Positions 46,634 to 60,400 of a stretch of 64,000 nucleotides of DNA are shown here, one piece after another. Origin of the DNA: a virus. Within the stretch, counting starts at the first letter, position 1; each line of letters starts with the position of its first letter. The translations under genes and the position numbers were made by a program. The notes beneath the pieces were generated by a model. That model did not search any database. It saw only the letters and a program-made list of their open reading frames with translations, and had not been told where the DNA came from. Where the stretch lies: positions 32,001 to 96,000 of the IMG/VR virus record IMGVR_UViG_3300044624_001054; one strand, given 5' to 3'.

Positions 46634-49600
46634 TATGCTTCACCAACCTCTACTATTGATACAGTCATCGATGGACCGCTTGGGCTTACTGAATGAGCGA
46701 TAGAAGATACAACAAATGTTTTATCGCCAAAGTTACTATTGCCCTCATAATACCCACGGGATTTATCGTATATCTTTACTTTATCTCCAAGTTCTATTAA
46801 GGGATTCTCAAAAATCTCCATAGTTAGTTTTATTCTTTGTCTACTGCAATACTTCAAGACCCATTGCATCATAGATCGGGCCTGAGATAATGATTGGATG
46901 TATTGGCTGTCCAGAGAAAATGTTTGATCTCCATAGATAGAAATATTTTTCTCTCTTTCCGTCTGCTTTAATTTATCCTCTTCACTACTTTCATATAAAT
47001 CTTTTGCTGTAACAGTCCCAGAACTTAATTCCTCTAAAGCAATTCCAACAATATATAGGGGAAGCGTCGCGTCAGCGCCTAGCCTCATGGCTCCGCCAGA
47101 AATATTGGCTACAACCAATTTAGCGCCGAAGGCATTAGGCTCATATTTTTTAATTAGATACTTAGGATTAATTTCTGAAATATCTAGAAGAGATGTTGTT
47201 AAAGCAGGGCCAGCAAATCTAATCTCATATTCTCTTACTTGTCTCGCAAGTCTAGCAAAATCATTGTAATAAAAGAGTGCTTCATTCCTGTTATCTTTAA
47301 ACAAGAAAGATTTATTTACAGAAATAGCCCCTTGATTTAACACTTTTTCAAATTGCTTCTTACCCTTAAAGTATGATCCTGGATCATCTTCAAATGGTTT
47401 TGCCGCAGCAGCAATGTATTCATATATGGCCTGAGAATCATTTCTTACAAACATACAAATATTTTTTGAATTAATACCTACTGACTCACCAATTTTTTCT
47501 ACATAACTACCGATCTTATTGTCTCCGTAGTAAATTGTATACTTCATAGCGTCTTTAAACTGTTCGATTTCAATGTCAAGTTCGAATACAGGGTCTAATG
47601 ATTGATTATCAGATTTTATAACTTGAACCGCAGTATCAGATACAGTTACCCCGCCAACGCTTGCTTTCATTAGAAGAGTCGGAGTGTATACAACACTATC
47701 CTTTTGTTTTTCTAATTTAATTCTATAGAATCTAAGGTTCTTAGTAACATCATCTTCTTTATAAAAACCCTTCCCCGCCGCCGCGTTTTCCACCTCTAGA
47801 TAGTATCCTTCACCTAGACTGTTTATGCCAAAACCTATGCCAGCAATTGAAGAGTTAGTGGATGATACTGTATAATTTTTATCTACTATCTTTCTAGGAG
47901 AGTACAGCCTCATTCTTGTAGATATAAAGTTTGGAGCAAATGGCAGAGTAATCTTCTGACCATATAATGCTTTTTCTCCCATAAGAGATACAAATGGGTC
48001 AAAGTCTTTTCCAGGAACATCATCGTTTACCTGATCATTTATTTTATTTAATTCTTTTACTACAGAATTAGATGGCGAGGCGCTTGTGACAGACTCAAGA
48101 ACATCTCTATCCGACTTGGGAGCAGTAGGCCCAGATATTTTAAGAAATCCAAGATAGGTATCTAGCGTATCGCTTGGAATAGTCCCCAAGAATTTTTTAG
48201 CAGACTTGTATTTAACCTTATCTGCAAAATTAAATTTCGTTGTAGCGTCTAGTTGACCTGGAACATTATAGTTTGCTTTTTCCCCAAGAACTAGTTTAAA
48301 TCTATTTGAAGGTTCTATTCCATCAGATTCTTCTACTACTGCATAATGTCTTGACACATCACTATTGAATTTACCTCTACCGTCGCCTATCACTTGATAC
48401 TCATATTTATCATTAACCTTGTTAATATTCTTAAATTTAACGTCTACTATTAAACCTCTAAATGATATTGAGTCACCTTTCCCTAAAGAAGACTTTAACT
48501 CAAAAAACTCTTCCTCAGTAAAAATTATCCTACTGCCATAAACTCCATTGGTGCCAGCGACATAAAATAATTTTCCACGATACTTGATATATTCATTATC
48601 TATAAGAACATATCCTTCATAATCTGGTATCGTAAAACCCTCATTTGTATCTAAATAAATTACTAAAGATCTTCTGTAGTTATCAGCAGTTTCGGTAGTA
48701 AACATTGCTCTAATTGCGTCTTCTTCATTAAATTTTGTATAAGTTTTTTCATCATACAAATCTTTTAACCTATATTCATATAGATCTTTAATGACATTAG
48801 CCGCCCCTAGAACAGATGAGTTATCGTCTGATGGTTGCCACATTATGGTTGTTCCATATTCAAAGTTAGAGAAGGCCAGGGAGTTCATAGGGAATTGATC
48901 TAACAATAACTGCTGATAAAGTTTTTTCTGCGTATCCTCAATGATATTAGACATTGGGGCTCTTTTAGGACCATAAAAATGATATGCAATATCTCCATCT
49001 GTTATGGGGTTAATTTTTTCTTCCGCTAAAGATACAACATTAGAAGTATAACTTGCAGTATATGGATATTCAGTCGCTGACGCAGAAACATTTTCATCCA
49101 TAATAAACCAGAAGTCTGTCCCAGGAGACTGTGCTGGAACTGGATGATCCTCAGAAACCCAGAACCCATAGTAATCACTATAGGTCCATTCTGTCTCTGC
49201 TGGAAGAGCGTCAGTATTACTACCGTAAAAGAACCAATTGTTGTTGTACCAGACATATTTATATGGATCTGGGTTTAAATTATTAATTTCTTGAACAGAG
49301 TCTTCTATTGCAGCATTCTCTGTTAATCTTTCTTTTGTGAGTACGTTTAATTTACCTGTAGCATCATAGTACATAGAACATTGTGTTGCCACCGATATCT
49401 GTTCAAATACTTCTGCCACCGTTTGCTCTCTTTTACAAAAGAAATTCTTAATTAAGGTATCTTCTTTATCGTTTTTACTGTAATCGGAGGACTTCCTAAA
49501 GTCTAGGCCAGTCACTCCAACATTATCTAATATCATTAAAATAATGGCTGATGTAGCAGCAAATGAAGATATCATAAAATCAGGGGCGGACAGTTGCCTG

Positions 49601-50865
49601 AGGTACTTCATACCATCTTCTAAAGAAACTGATACAGAATAATCTTCACCTATATTCCATTGATTTGAGTATAGAACTCCCATTGGAATATTGAATGTCT
49701 GATTTACGTCTGGTACATATACCTTTTGGTAGAAGTTAAATTTTACGTCTTCATTAAGCATTTTAGATGTACTTAAAATGCTAGCAAAAAGAAATTGTCC
49801 GTCCTCATTTGATAAAGATATATTACCAGTTCCAGATACGACCGTTCCGACTGGTAAACCAAAACTTGTAGAATCACCAATGGAAGAGGCTAAATTAAAA
49901 GACTCAACATAGTCACTAACGTCTGCCTCTAGTCGTGGAGATATTTCTATAAGTTCTAGGGGTGCATTTTTAAGAGTGCTGACCCATTTTTCTCCAGTTG
50001 GCTTTTGAGGAGGTAAAACTACTGGAACCATTGAGTCTACTCTAAATCTTATCCCACGAATCTTTTTAAAATGAGTTGGAGATGCTGCTACGAGTTCATC
50101 AAAATCGTCTAGTCTTGTAACTGTTTTAGACCAAGTTCCATTTCTTTGATAGTATAAATTAAGTTCTCCTGATATAAAGTCATCGTTGCTATTGGCAATA
50201 GCACTTGGATTTGATGATCTTGCTTCTGTTCTTGGTACATTATAAACTTGAGTCCATGTACTTCCGACTAAAATATCTATTGAAAAAGATGAAGGAATCA
50301 CAAGATGATTTTGCACCTTAATGACTATCTTATTGCACATAACATCTTGCTCGTAAACAACAAATGGGTTAACATCTAATATGATTCCAGCAATATTCGC
50401 TACCCCGACCATTTTTCTAGTTCCATCAAATCCTAAAAACTTTCCAGAATTATAGTAATCATATGTTCTGCCTTCTGATACTGGATAAAATCTAGCAGAA
50501 GCAGTAGAAAGTCTTGACACTCTAATATCAAATACGCTGTCTGAGAACACGGCCCCAGGATGTTTTTGAGCAAAAACAATTCCAGCGTTTGGTCTATTGG
50601 GTTTAAAAACAGATGATAGTTGTGAATAAAATTCTGATTTAGGATCTATTTTTGTTTCATCTTCATTAAATAAGATTCTGTTTTTTCCGTCGATAATGTT
50701 TGAACTTGTTGATGAATAATTAAATTCTTGACCATCAAGTTTATACAATCCATATTTTTCTATAGAAAAATATTTATTCATATTCCATTCAGCAATAACT
50801 TGATGCTCACTATTTATTCTATCGGCATTTTTATATAGGTCACGAATATCGCTATAGTTTAGCAT
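46633..50865 (-). CDS. Large minor tail (hub/central fibre) protein
   Basis: ~1410 aa, second gene after TMP; C-terminal NPLIELGDKV..FVVSSI pattern. Confidence 0.7.
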   Translation of the reverse strand: MLNYSDIRDLYKNADRINSEHQVIAEWNMNKYFSIEKYGLYKLDGQEFNYSSTSSNIIDGKNRILFNEDETKIDPKSEFYSQLSSVFKPNRPNAGIVFAQKHPGAVFSDSVFDIRVSRLSTASARFYPVSEGRTYDYYNSGKFLGFDGTRKMVGVANIAGIILDVNPFVVYEQDVMCNKIVIKVQNHLVIPSSFSIDILVGSTWTQVYNVPRTEARSSNPSAIANSNDDFISGELNLYYQRNGTWSKTVTRLDDFDELVAASPTHFKKIRGIRFRVDSMVPVVLPPQKPTGEKWVSTLKNAPLELIEISPRLEADVSDYVESFNLASSIGDSTSFGLPVGTVVSGTGNISLSNEDGQFLFASILSTSKMLNEDVKFNFYQKVYVPDVNQTFNIPMGVLYSNQWNIGEDYSVSVSLEDGMKYLRQLSAPDFMISSFAATSAIILMILDNVGVTGLDFRKSSDYSKNDKEDTLIKNFFCKREQTVAEVFEQISVATQCSMYYDATGKLNVLTKERLTENAAIEDSVQEINNLNPDPYKYVWYNNNWFFYGSNTDALPAETEWTYSDYYGFWVSEDHPVPAQSPGTDFWFIMDENVSASATEYPYTASYTSNVVSLAEEKINPITDGDIAYHFYGPKRAPMSNIIEDTQKKLYQQLLLDQFPMNSLAFSNFEYGTTIMWQPSDDNSSVLGAANVIKDLYEYRLKDLYDEKTYTKFNEEDAIRAMFTTETADNYRRSLVIYLDTNEGFTIPDYEGYVLIDNEYIKYRGKLFYVAGTNGVYGSRIIFTEEEFFELKSSLGKGDSISFRGLIVDVKFKNINKVNDKYEYQVIGDGRGKFNSDVSRHYAVVEESDGIEPSNRFKLVLGEKANYNVPGQLDATTKFNFADKVKYKSAKKFLGTIPSDTLDTYLGFLKISGPTAPKSDRDVLESVTSASPSNSVVKELNKINDQVNDDVPGKDFDPFVSLMGEKALYGQKITLPFAPNFISTRMRLYSPRKIVDKNYTVSSTNSSIAGIGFGINSLGEGYYLEVENAAAGKGFYKEDDVTKNLRFYRIKLEKQKDSVVYTPTLLMKASVGGVTVSDTAVQVIKSDNQSLDPVFELDIEIEQFKDAMKYTIYYGDNKIGSYVEKIGESVGINSKNICMFVRNDSQAIYEYIAAAAKPFEDDPGSYFKGKKQFEKVLNQGAISVNKSFLFKDNRNEALFYYNDFARLARQVREYEIRFAGPALTTSLLDISEINPKYLIKKYEPNAFGAKLVVANISGGAMRLGADATLPLYIVGIALEELSSGTVTAKDLYESSEEDKLKQTEREKNISIYGDQTFSLDSQYIQSLSQARSMMQWVLKYCSRQRIKLTMEIFENPLIELGDKVKIYDKSRGYYEGNSNFGDKTFVVSSIAHSVSPSGPSMTVSIVEVGEA

Positions 50866-51404
50866 TACACCTCCACCAAAGTCATGGAGATATCCCAAAG
50901 ATCGTGTGTCGCCCCTCGCTTTGTAATGACATAACTAAAATCCTCAAAGAACACATTATAGTATTCTAATGAGTACTTCAGCGGTACGGCTGAAGATGAT
51001 GTAGGGGTGTCATAAACCAAAGTGAGATAGAAACTGTCTGTATGATCTTTATGCCAGTCAAGCATCTGTTGAGAAGACGCCCAGCCTGTTGTAGTTCCGC
51101 CAAATCTAGTCTCAGATAATTCATCTCGTACGGAAGGAAGATCCTGCCATGACACAGAGAATGTTTTCTTATCTGCCACATGATAAGATCTCATTCTTCC
51201 ATTAATCATTCTTTTCTTATATTCAATTCTTTCTATTGCTATCTGTAACTCTGATCTACTGTCGTCAGTAAGGTATAGGAAGTCTGTATCTGCTGCGCCA
51301 AGATTCCATTGGCCTGAGGCAGCATTAACCACCACGGGAGCATTTTCTGAAAATATCATTAATGCTGGACGAGTCCATATTCTTTGTAATGTCGTAGTAG
51401 ACAT
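50865..51404 (-). CDS. Distal tail (Dit-like) protein
   Basis: Immediately after TMP; R..NG.MR, W..L, ends TLVEV. Confidence 0.6.
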   Translation of the reverse strand: MSTTTLQRIWTRPALMIFSENAPVVVNAASGQWNLGAADTDFLYLTDDSRSELQIAIERIEYKKRMINGRMRSYHVADKKTFSVSWQDLPSVRDELSETRFGGTTTGWASSQQMLDWHKDHTDSFYLTLVYDTPTSSSAVPLKYSLEYYNVFFEDFSYVITKRGATHDLWDISMTLVEV

Positions 51405-51407
51405 GTG

Positions 51408-54400
51408 TTAGATACTCCTACTATGGTTTCTTCTATTGTTTGCAGAGTTAATCATACTAATAACTTTATTAGCAATTGCGTTAGCACCCTTGCCACCAGC
51501 ACCATTTATAACAACCTTAACCTTGGTGTTATTTCTTGTTGAAGAGGAATTTCCAGCATAGTTAGTGTTATTAACTCCAACAGATGTATCTGCCATTGCT
51601 GGCATACTAAATGCTGGCATAGGTGCAGATCCAACCATTCCACCGTCTGCAAACATTCTAGGTTGCATGGATGAACCCTGGAATGGATTGAGTGACCCAG
51701 AGTTAATCTGATCCATAAATCCTTTACCATATTTTGCAACAGATGATGCTTTAACTACATATTCTCCATTAGAAAGCATTGCTGGAATCATATCAGATCT
51801 AGGTCCGCCAGGTCCAGAAATAAATCCTCCAGCCGCATAAGTATTGGGCCTATTGAATGTTCCATCTGGATTAATACCTAGACTAGCAATAGTTTGAGCA
51901 ACCTGTGATGGAGAAACTGATCTACTTTGACTAATTTGAGTATGCATCCAGTCTGCATTTCCATAATGATCTGTAATAAAACCGCCTAAACTTGTTGGAC
52001 CAAACCATTGAAGAACTTTATATTTATTCATCAAAGCGTTCATAGTTTTATACGGTTCTGGTGAATATGATTTCCATGGTGCAAGGGGCGATCTCTTACC
52101 TTTCCACCAATCTGTTACTGCTCGTTTTTCATCGTCGCTAACCCACGACCATCCAAAATATACACCCTCATCTGGTGCATTGATATCTACTGCCGTTCCA
52201 GATGGATGATTAGATTTACCTGGCTCGTCTCTTCCTTCTAGCCCACCTATATAACTAATAGGTCTAATCAATCTATTATAATCACTAGCAAAGGCAAGGA
52301 ATAATGGAAGAACATCTTTATTCATTGTTAAAGACATATTGGTTCCAGGAATTTTACCAGTTGCGGACTGGAACCCAGAATGCGGCCAATTATTAGGGCC
52401 ACCTTGAGCGCCAATAGTTGTAGTTGTTGGTCGTGCAGCGGTAGCAACACCTGTAGTTCCAACCCCAGGAAGGAATCCACCATTAGCAGGAGCATTAGGA
52501 TCATTTCTATTGATTAGCGATAGTTTCCCTCTAAGCCCCCTGTTTGGTAAAGTAAGTGCTTCTCCGCCGTCAGCAAACTTTTGAACTAGTCCACCATTAG
52601 CATAGCCTCTTACTCCTTCGACCATTGCCTTTAGACGTTCTGATAAAACAAATTTTAAGAATTTTGGATTAACTAATCTATGCTGTGGAGCCTGAAGTGC
52701 AAATTTTGCAACAATAGGATCTATAAGACCACCTATCCCGCCTGCATCTCCAAGCATTTCTTCTAACCTAAGAACTTGTTGCTTATATACAGAACCAGTT
52801 ACTTTTCCAAAACCAAATGAACTTCCGTGCCTCGGGTCAAGAATTTTTAATGGGTCGGTAGGATCATTGGGTATTGGCCTGCCGTCATGAGTTTGAAAAA
52901 CATTGCTTCCAAAATCTATTCTATATGGAATAAGTCTTCCTGGTACGCCAAGAGGAATGGATTCATCTTCTTTAATAACATAATTATGTATATGTGAATC
53001 TCTTAATCCAAATAGTGTATCTACAGCCTTTCCTATTCCACCTTCTCTTGCAAGCCTTGATTGCATACTGCTATCTAATTGTGATTCTACAAATGTTAAT
53101 CCGTCCGCCCAATCGCGGTTTGGATTCTTTCCAAAAAATTCTGAAACATGTTTAACATTATCTAACATTGTGCTTGAAGTTACAAGTTCTCCAGGGGGAA
53201 AATAGTTTAGTCCCATCGCAGCAAGTTCTGGTGTGAGGTTCTTCCCAGGGAAGTATCTTTCTTTTGCCCCAATATTAAGAAGGTTTACATCAGGTACATT
53301 CATATTAAGGGCCTTATATGCATTTGCAATTAAAGACTCTAAATAAACAGATTTTGCTCCAGATTCAGAATCATACGGACCTTTAACATATCTACGAACA
53401 CCGTCCTTACCAATAACTAAGCCTCCAGGACTAATTCCCCCCTGACTATTAGGGACTGATGTTCCAAAAACATTATCTAGTTGATTTTCGTCAACAGCCA
53501 TACCTTTTACCCACTCAAGGAGGAGCATATCCCTGGAGGGTACGGCTGCGGTTGGTTTTGATGATGGTGGTAGAATTCTGGGGGCACCCATTCCTAGAGA
53601 AAATCTTAGATCGCTAGTAATTTGTGATATCGCAATAGGCTTAGGTGGAATTAAACCAGATTGCAAAGGTTGCATTACGCTAGAAGTCGCTGCCCTTCTA
53701 GAGGCTGACCTTCCTAATAATGATGCACCCTTAAACCCTATACCTACCCCAGGAATAACTCCAAGAATTTCCATAAGTGCAGCGGCAGATGCAATATCCT
53801 TTCCTTGCTGGTTTGATTGATCAATGCTAGACAATCCATAGAATGGAAGTAGTGAGGCTGGGTCTGCAGCAATAGAAGAAGCCATAGATCCCAAGGTTGA
53901 GAAAATGCCTTGCTGATCAATGCTGTTCTTTATTCCCTGGAACATTAAGTTAAAGCCAGAGCCTGCTCTTCCGCCACCGCCTGCACCAGGCTGCATATAT
54001 CCGCCACGAGTATATGGGCTATTTTGCTCTCTCCTCAATCTCTTCTTTCCATATACATTTCCATATGCCTGCTGGCTAGCACCACTATAACCTGTTGCAG
54101 ACATTGGTGTTCCGCCAGTATATTGCGGCTTAACCTTAACTCCACCAAGATATTTGTTTCCAGCAGCCGCTGTTTCAGCGCGGTCAGCAGATACATAGCC
54201 TCCCGCGTAAAATCCTCGCACAAAACCACCATTAGCAAAACTAGGAATATTGTAACCATATTTCTCCGCCATTTCTGACGCTTTACGATATGCTAATTCT
54301 GCTTCTGGCTTAGGTGTACTGGGGTGGAAAGCCTTTTGTAGTAGCGCTGAAATTCTAGCAGCCTTTGTTGGATTGGCCGCAGCACCAGTTTTAAGAGTTG

Positions 54401-57400
54401 GCCCAGTAAACTGATCTCTTGACGGTCTGGGAGGAGGCTCTCTTCTGGGAGGAGGTTCATTACGAGGAGGTGGCTCTCTGCGTGGTGGCGGTTGCCTGCG
54501 TGGTGGCGGTTCATACCGTGGGCCACTATTGCGTGGAGGAACAAATCCAGGTGGAGGGGGGTTATCAAATGGATTGGGGGCGGTTCTTTCTCCTGGCTTA
54601 AAGAACGGATTTTGGTTACGACTAGCCCAAGCCACTTCATCTGCGGTAGCCATTGGTGGCGCTCCATATTGCAACATCCAACTCTGACGCTCAGAAGTGC
54701 TCCAAGAACTCCATTCTTTTGCAAATCCTTCTGGATATTTTGTTGGGAAATCTTTTATATCCACAAAGTTCGGGTCGTCGCGTAATGTAAACCTATTTGT
54801 ATTTTCTTTAGTTCCTGGACCTGATCTAAATAGTTTATCCTTTGCTTCAGAGAGTCTGGCTCTATCGGCCCTAGGAATTCCTCCTCGGGCACCAAATGGA
54901 AACACACCCATGGCTATTAGACCTCTTGTTAGAGCATCGCTCTCAACATAGGACTGACCACCGATAAATCTTCCCAACGCTGTTGTATCTTGCGTATCTA
55001 TTCCAAAGGCTCTTGCGGGAACCCTGAATGGAGCAAAGAATGAATCAAATATGGTGGCCCCAGCGGTTCGCAATACATTTACCAAGCCCTTAACACCAGT
55101 AGGATCTTCTGGGTTATACCCAATAGATTCAAGATTTATAAGGTCGCGGCGACGGGCTTTAGGTTTATTGTATCCTGTGGATGAGGTTGGAGTGCCACCA
55201 AAATATGTTGGGGGTGGCTTATTATAACCAGTAATAGAAGTTGGGGTGCCGCCATAATATGTCGGTCTTTGTGATGCCTGATATTCTTCGCGGTCGGCAG
55301 AGATATAGCCACCGTAGGCAAACTTTCCGGCATTGATATTATCCATCATATCCTTGCCGTATTTACTTACACTAGAGGCTTGAATTACATATTCACCGTT
55401 TGATAGATAGGCTGGAATTACATCAGACTTCGGTCCACCAGGACCAGTTACTTTTCCGCCGCCCTCTAGCATTACACGACCGTTTTGGATATATCCACCA
55501 GTTGCTGCTCTATTTGGATCTAATGCAGCGGCATCGTAATCATCTGTAACACCATCTCCGTCAGTATCTTTAGTTGTTCCACCTACATCTCCATTAATTG
55601 TTACACTATCAGCAGTAACCGTCATATCTCTAACTTGTTGTGCAGTATCACCAACCCCAGTATCGCCAACATTTTCTGAATTATACATCCATGTTGGATC
55701 TCCTCTTAATCCAAGGTCTTGAAGAACAGCCTCTACTCCCATGGGAACGCCCTTTGGACCGCGAGGCGCTGCAAGGGCCCCAGCCTGCCTGACAGCCTCT
55801 CCAAGAGTTACACCACCACGATAATAAATTTCTTCAATTCTTAGTCTTAGCATTTCTTTTCTTGCTTCTACATAGGGCTTACTCTTTAATTCGGCATAGT
55901 CCTTAGAATATCTTTCTTCGGCTGCTTTAGCATTATCTCGATAGTCTTGCTCCATAGTTTTGATGCCTTCTATTTCTTGGTCTTTATCTTCTAAGGCATT
56001 TTCTCTAGCAGTATTTGCTCTTTCAATTTGTTTGTCATAGAATTCCATTCGATCATCGTGGGCATCTTGTTCTATTTCCATGAGATCTTGAACACCCTTA
56101 ATACGATCTTCCATCATTTGTTCATACTCATCTTGCTCTTTCTGCTTTTGCTCACGAATTTCATCTATGGCTTCTAGTTCAAGATCTCTTCTTTCTTCAA
56201 TCCCAGAGATCATTTCATCATATGAAAACTCTTGGGCGTCCGCAGACATTTGTTCGCGTTCCTGGAGGAATCCAAAAACATCTCCAGATGCAAGTTTTTC
56301 AAGTGCGCCGAAAGCAGTTTTTCTTTGTTGTGCGTAGAATGACTCTGCTTTTTGATTCTTTTCAAGAGATTCAATGTAGGCATCAGAAGATTTTTCAATG
56401 GCCTCACGGCGGTCATCTAGTTGCTGCATCTGCTCATCAAAGTCTCTTCTTCTTACATCCATCTCCTCCTGCATGCCCTCAATGGAGTTCTGACGGCCTT
56501 CCTGTTCCACCTCAAATGCGTCTTGTGCAGATTCTTTTAGACCTTCATATAACTCAATTCTTTCATCCATCGCATCTGAATAATTTTCGAATCTAAGGTT
56601 TGCAGCATCTCTTTGTTCCTGGGCAAACTGATCAATCATCCCAAAGTAACTTTCTTCTGCTTCTATTCTAAGAAGTTTAGTCGCATCTGCTAGTGATTTA
56701 GCACTTACTGCCGCTCGGCCAAGAGCAATGTCAAATTCGCCAGCATCATTGATGGCCTTATCTAAAGAAATTCCGGCAATAGCCATTTGAGTTGCAACTA
56801 CAGTTTCTTCTGCGGTGTCTATTGTTTGTAGAACTGTTTCCCATTCTGCTCCATAGGTATCCCTCAGGTAATCTGATAGCCTTCCTATTGCAGCAGTCCT
56901 ATCATCTGGATCTTCTAGATTATTAATTATTTCTGTTAATTTTTCAAATCCTTCTATGGCAGCGGTAGGGTCTTGCTGGTATGCCATAACTAATGAGTCT
57001 ATTACTCCAGATAGCATTTCTGGATTTACTGTTAATAGATCTTCTATTCTATTTCCTATGGCATCTAATTCATCGCCTATTGCCTTTAATCTATTTTCTT
57101 CTTCTCTACTTGTTGGAGCAATAGGTACATACCCTGGCCCATCTGGAGTTTCTGTTGGTCCTGCTGGACCAATCCTATTTTGTTCTGCACGAGTTTCTCC
57201 AGAAAGAATTTTTCTTCTTTCTTCTTCTAGGGCGGCACGTTCTTTTTCTAAAGTTTGTAAAATTGTTAAACCAGAATTTCCTATTTGTGTTTCTGCTGGA
57301 GAGAATTGACCAACAACGTTATTAACTGCATCCTTAATCGTTAAGGATTCGTCAAGTAAACCCTGGCCTACGGCCTCAGTAAAAGCCTTTCCTCCCGCTA

Positions 57401-60400
57401 GCCCTGCCTCTGCAGCAATTGCCTCTATTGCTGCTTTAGCATTTTCTGCACTCATTCCAGAAATAATCATATTGCTGTATGCAATAGATAATTCTTGAGC
57501 GCCTGCTCCTGCAGACAAAGATTTAATTTGCTCTATTAATGGGGCATAATCTTGGCTTACTGCTTCTCTAAGTGCTTTATCTATTTCCTGTAAATCTTCA
57601 GAGACATTGGACAACCTATTCTTTTCAAGAATGTCGGATACACTCATAATTGTCTCGCCAAAATATTCTGCACTCTTTACTGGATCATTAAATGCTGCTA
57701 TAGCCCTTTGCCTAGCCTCTTCTGCTGCATTTCTATACATCATAAACCCAGTAATAGCAGCAGTTATACTAATTCCTGCAGCAATGCCAACAGGACCGCC
57801 AGCCACACTAAGGAGTCTCCCTGCACCTAATAATGCTGCACCGCCCATCTGTCCGCCGCGTGCAGCAGCCATAGCCCCACCCATTTGAGCAGCCCTTCCA
57901 GCCGCAGCAGAGCCAGCCATTTTACCACCAAGAGATTTCATTCCTAAGAAATTAGTAAACGTTCCTTTTCCTAGCCCCATATTCATCATCATGGTAGCGG
58001 TCATCAAGGCGGTGGTAAATAGGCCAAGTTTTGCAGCGGCGTCAGAGGACGCCCCGCCCATCATTGAGATGCTAGAGGTAACCATAGATAAGGCAAACAT
58101 TGCGTTCATTGCGTTCATGCCCCGCATACCGCTCTGTGCGGCATCTTTTGCATTACCTATTGCAACTGATGGACCAGTAGTTGGAGCAGTACCTCTTTGT
58201 AATAAATAGGACTCTCTTCTAGCAGCAGCAAGTTGTTTTCTTTCATCCAAAGTCATATTTCCAAATCTAGATGATTTTTCTGATACTGCCGAATACGGGG
58301 AAACTCCACCCATAAAGTATCCCATTGATCCGCTTGGACCTACTCCAAATGAAGAAGCGGCGCGTGCTACGTTTGCTCTTGATAATGCTTCGTCTGAACT
58401 TGCCTTAATACGGGCTGTTTCTGCTGCACGCTCTTCAGCACGTTGTCTTATAGTTACAATTCCAGAAAGTTTTTTCTCTAGGGCTAATCTATGTGCTTCT
58501 TCTTTAGCAAGTGCTTCTAGTGTTTCTGTTCTTTTCTTACCAGCAACTGCTCCATCTTTATGAACCCATAGCCCTGTTTCAAGGCTCTTTATCCAATTAG
58601 CAAGAGTTATATTCCCTTGTTTTTGAATTGCATCTGTTCTTAATTGGCTGTCTGTAATCATACCTTGTACAATTACTTCTTTTTGAAGGGCTTTTGTTAC
58701 TACAGATCTTGCTGCAGCCTCATGGTGCATTGCCTCTCTTATTCTAGTAGCAGGGCCTAAAGATTCTGCTCCTGGACCTATGGCCCTTAATGACCCTAGT
58801 GGCCCCATTGCACCACTTACTGATCTTGTTCCAGAGACTATTTCATTGCCAAGTTCTTTTCCAGCGGGTCTTCCGTCTACCTTGCTGGCTCCTTGAATAA
58901 ATCCATCAGATAGATTCTTACCAACTCTATCAGCCTCTAGTGACGGGGATGCTTGCTTAGAATATTTTTTAACACTATTAAGAACTTTAGTTGGAATTTC
59001 ACTAGCGCTAACGCCAAGTTTTACAAAGTATTCTTCTAATGCAATTATTTGTGTCGCGAGTTTTTGGCGAGCCTTAAGCAATATTTCATTGCCTGGATCT
59101 GCTTGCAATCTTCTTTCAATGGCACCGTACTGCTGCAATTGAACTCTTTGTGCGGCCCTCAAGTCCGGTGTAGTGGCTCCAGTTAACCCTGTTGTTCTTG
59201 CATCTAATAAAGTTCTGTCTAATATTGCTCTAGTTTCTGCAGAAAAACCTTTCTTTGTTGCTAAAACTTCCAACGCCTTTTCATATGCATTCATATCTTT
59301 AGTATGAATCATGATTCCGCCAGTCAATGAGGTCATAATTCTATCTATAGTTTTAGCATTAGCCCCTGTTTCTTTCAGGGCTGCCTCAAGTTTTCCCCGT
59401 AAAGAACTTGACAATCCAAAAAGATTTGCCATTTGATTTTCAGAGTCAAGGATGGTCTTCCATAGTTGTGGGTGCCAAGCGATAGCCTGACTATCCAGCC
59501 TTAAATTCTTCATGAATCCGCCAGAACCTATAAGGTGACCTCTTGCTTCGCCTGGGGAAAGGTTACCAAATGCTTTAGAAACTGATGCTGGACGACTTCT
59601 AACATATTCCCCGTCTTTTCTTCTTGCTCTAACTGAAGCCCTTCCTTTTCCTGTACCCTCTACTGCGGCAGAATATCTTTGCAGCCATTTTTCATCTTCT
59701 GGGGTGCCCTTTTGGAATCCTGGTAAAGTTCCGCGATTCATTTCCATTAAGACGGGGGCATATTTTTGTGTGGCAGCACGATTTACTACAAATTCACCAG
59801 GCTCAAGCATGGCGGGTATTTTATCTCCACGACCAGATCCTGGAACAGAGCCGCCTTTATTAAAGGTTAAAGGCAGACCATACTGCCAGGGAGCCATATC
59901 TCCAGTTTGCCTATTTTTTTCAACCTCTGCCGCTTCTTTTTTAGCAATTGCTGCAGCAGTTGGAGGCTTCTTTACCTCCGGCGCTATATCTTTGTGGAAC
60001 CTATATACTGCCGCCCAATCTATCTTTTCGGCGTCTTTAAGATCCTGAACAAGACGCATATACATTTGTCTTTCTGTTTTATCTAAGTATGGAAGTTTAT
60101 CAATGGCTCCGCGAACCTTTACAGATGCTTGAGCAATAGCATTTTTAAATCCTTCAACATACTCTTTTTCTGTCATGGATTTTGCAAGGACTGCTGATTC
60201 TTCGGCAAACCACTTTCTAGCGCCGCCCTTTTTCATGAGGAAGTTTATTTCTGCCTGTTCTTGAACTGATGGCAAAGGGCCGCCAATTACTCTTGGCTGA
60301 GAGGCTTTGTTTGCAACAAATGCTGCCCCAACGTCAGTAACAACATTTCCATAAAGATTATCTGGCTGAAGGTCTTTATCCCTTCTCATAATAGATGCAA

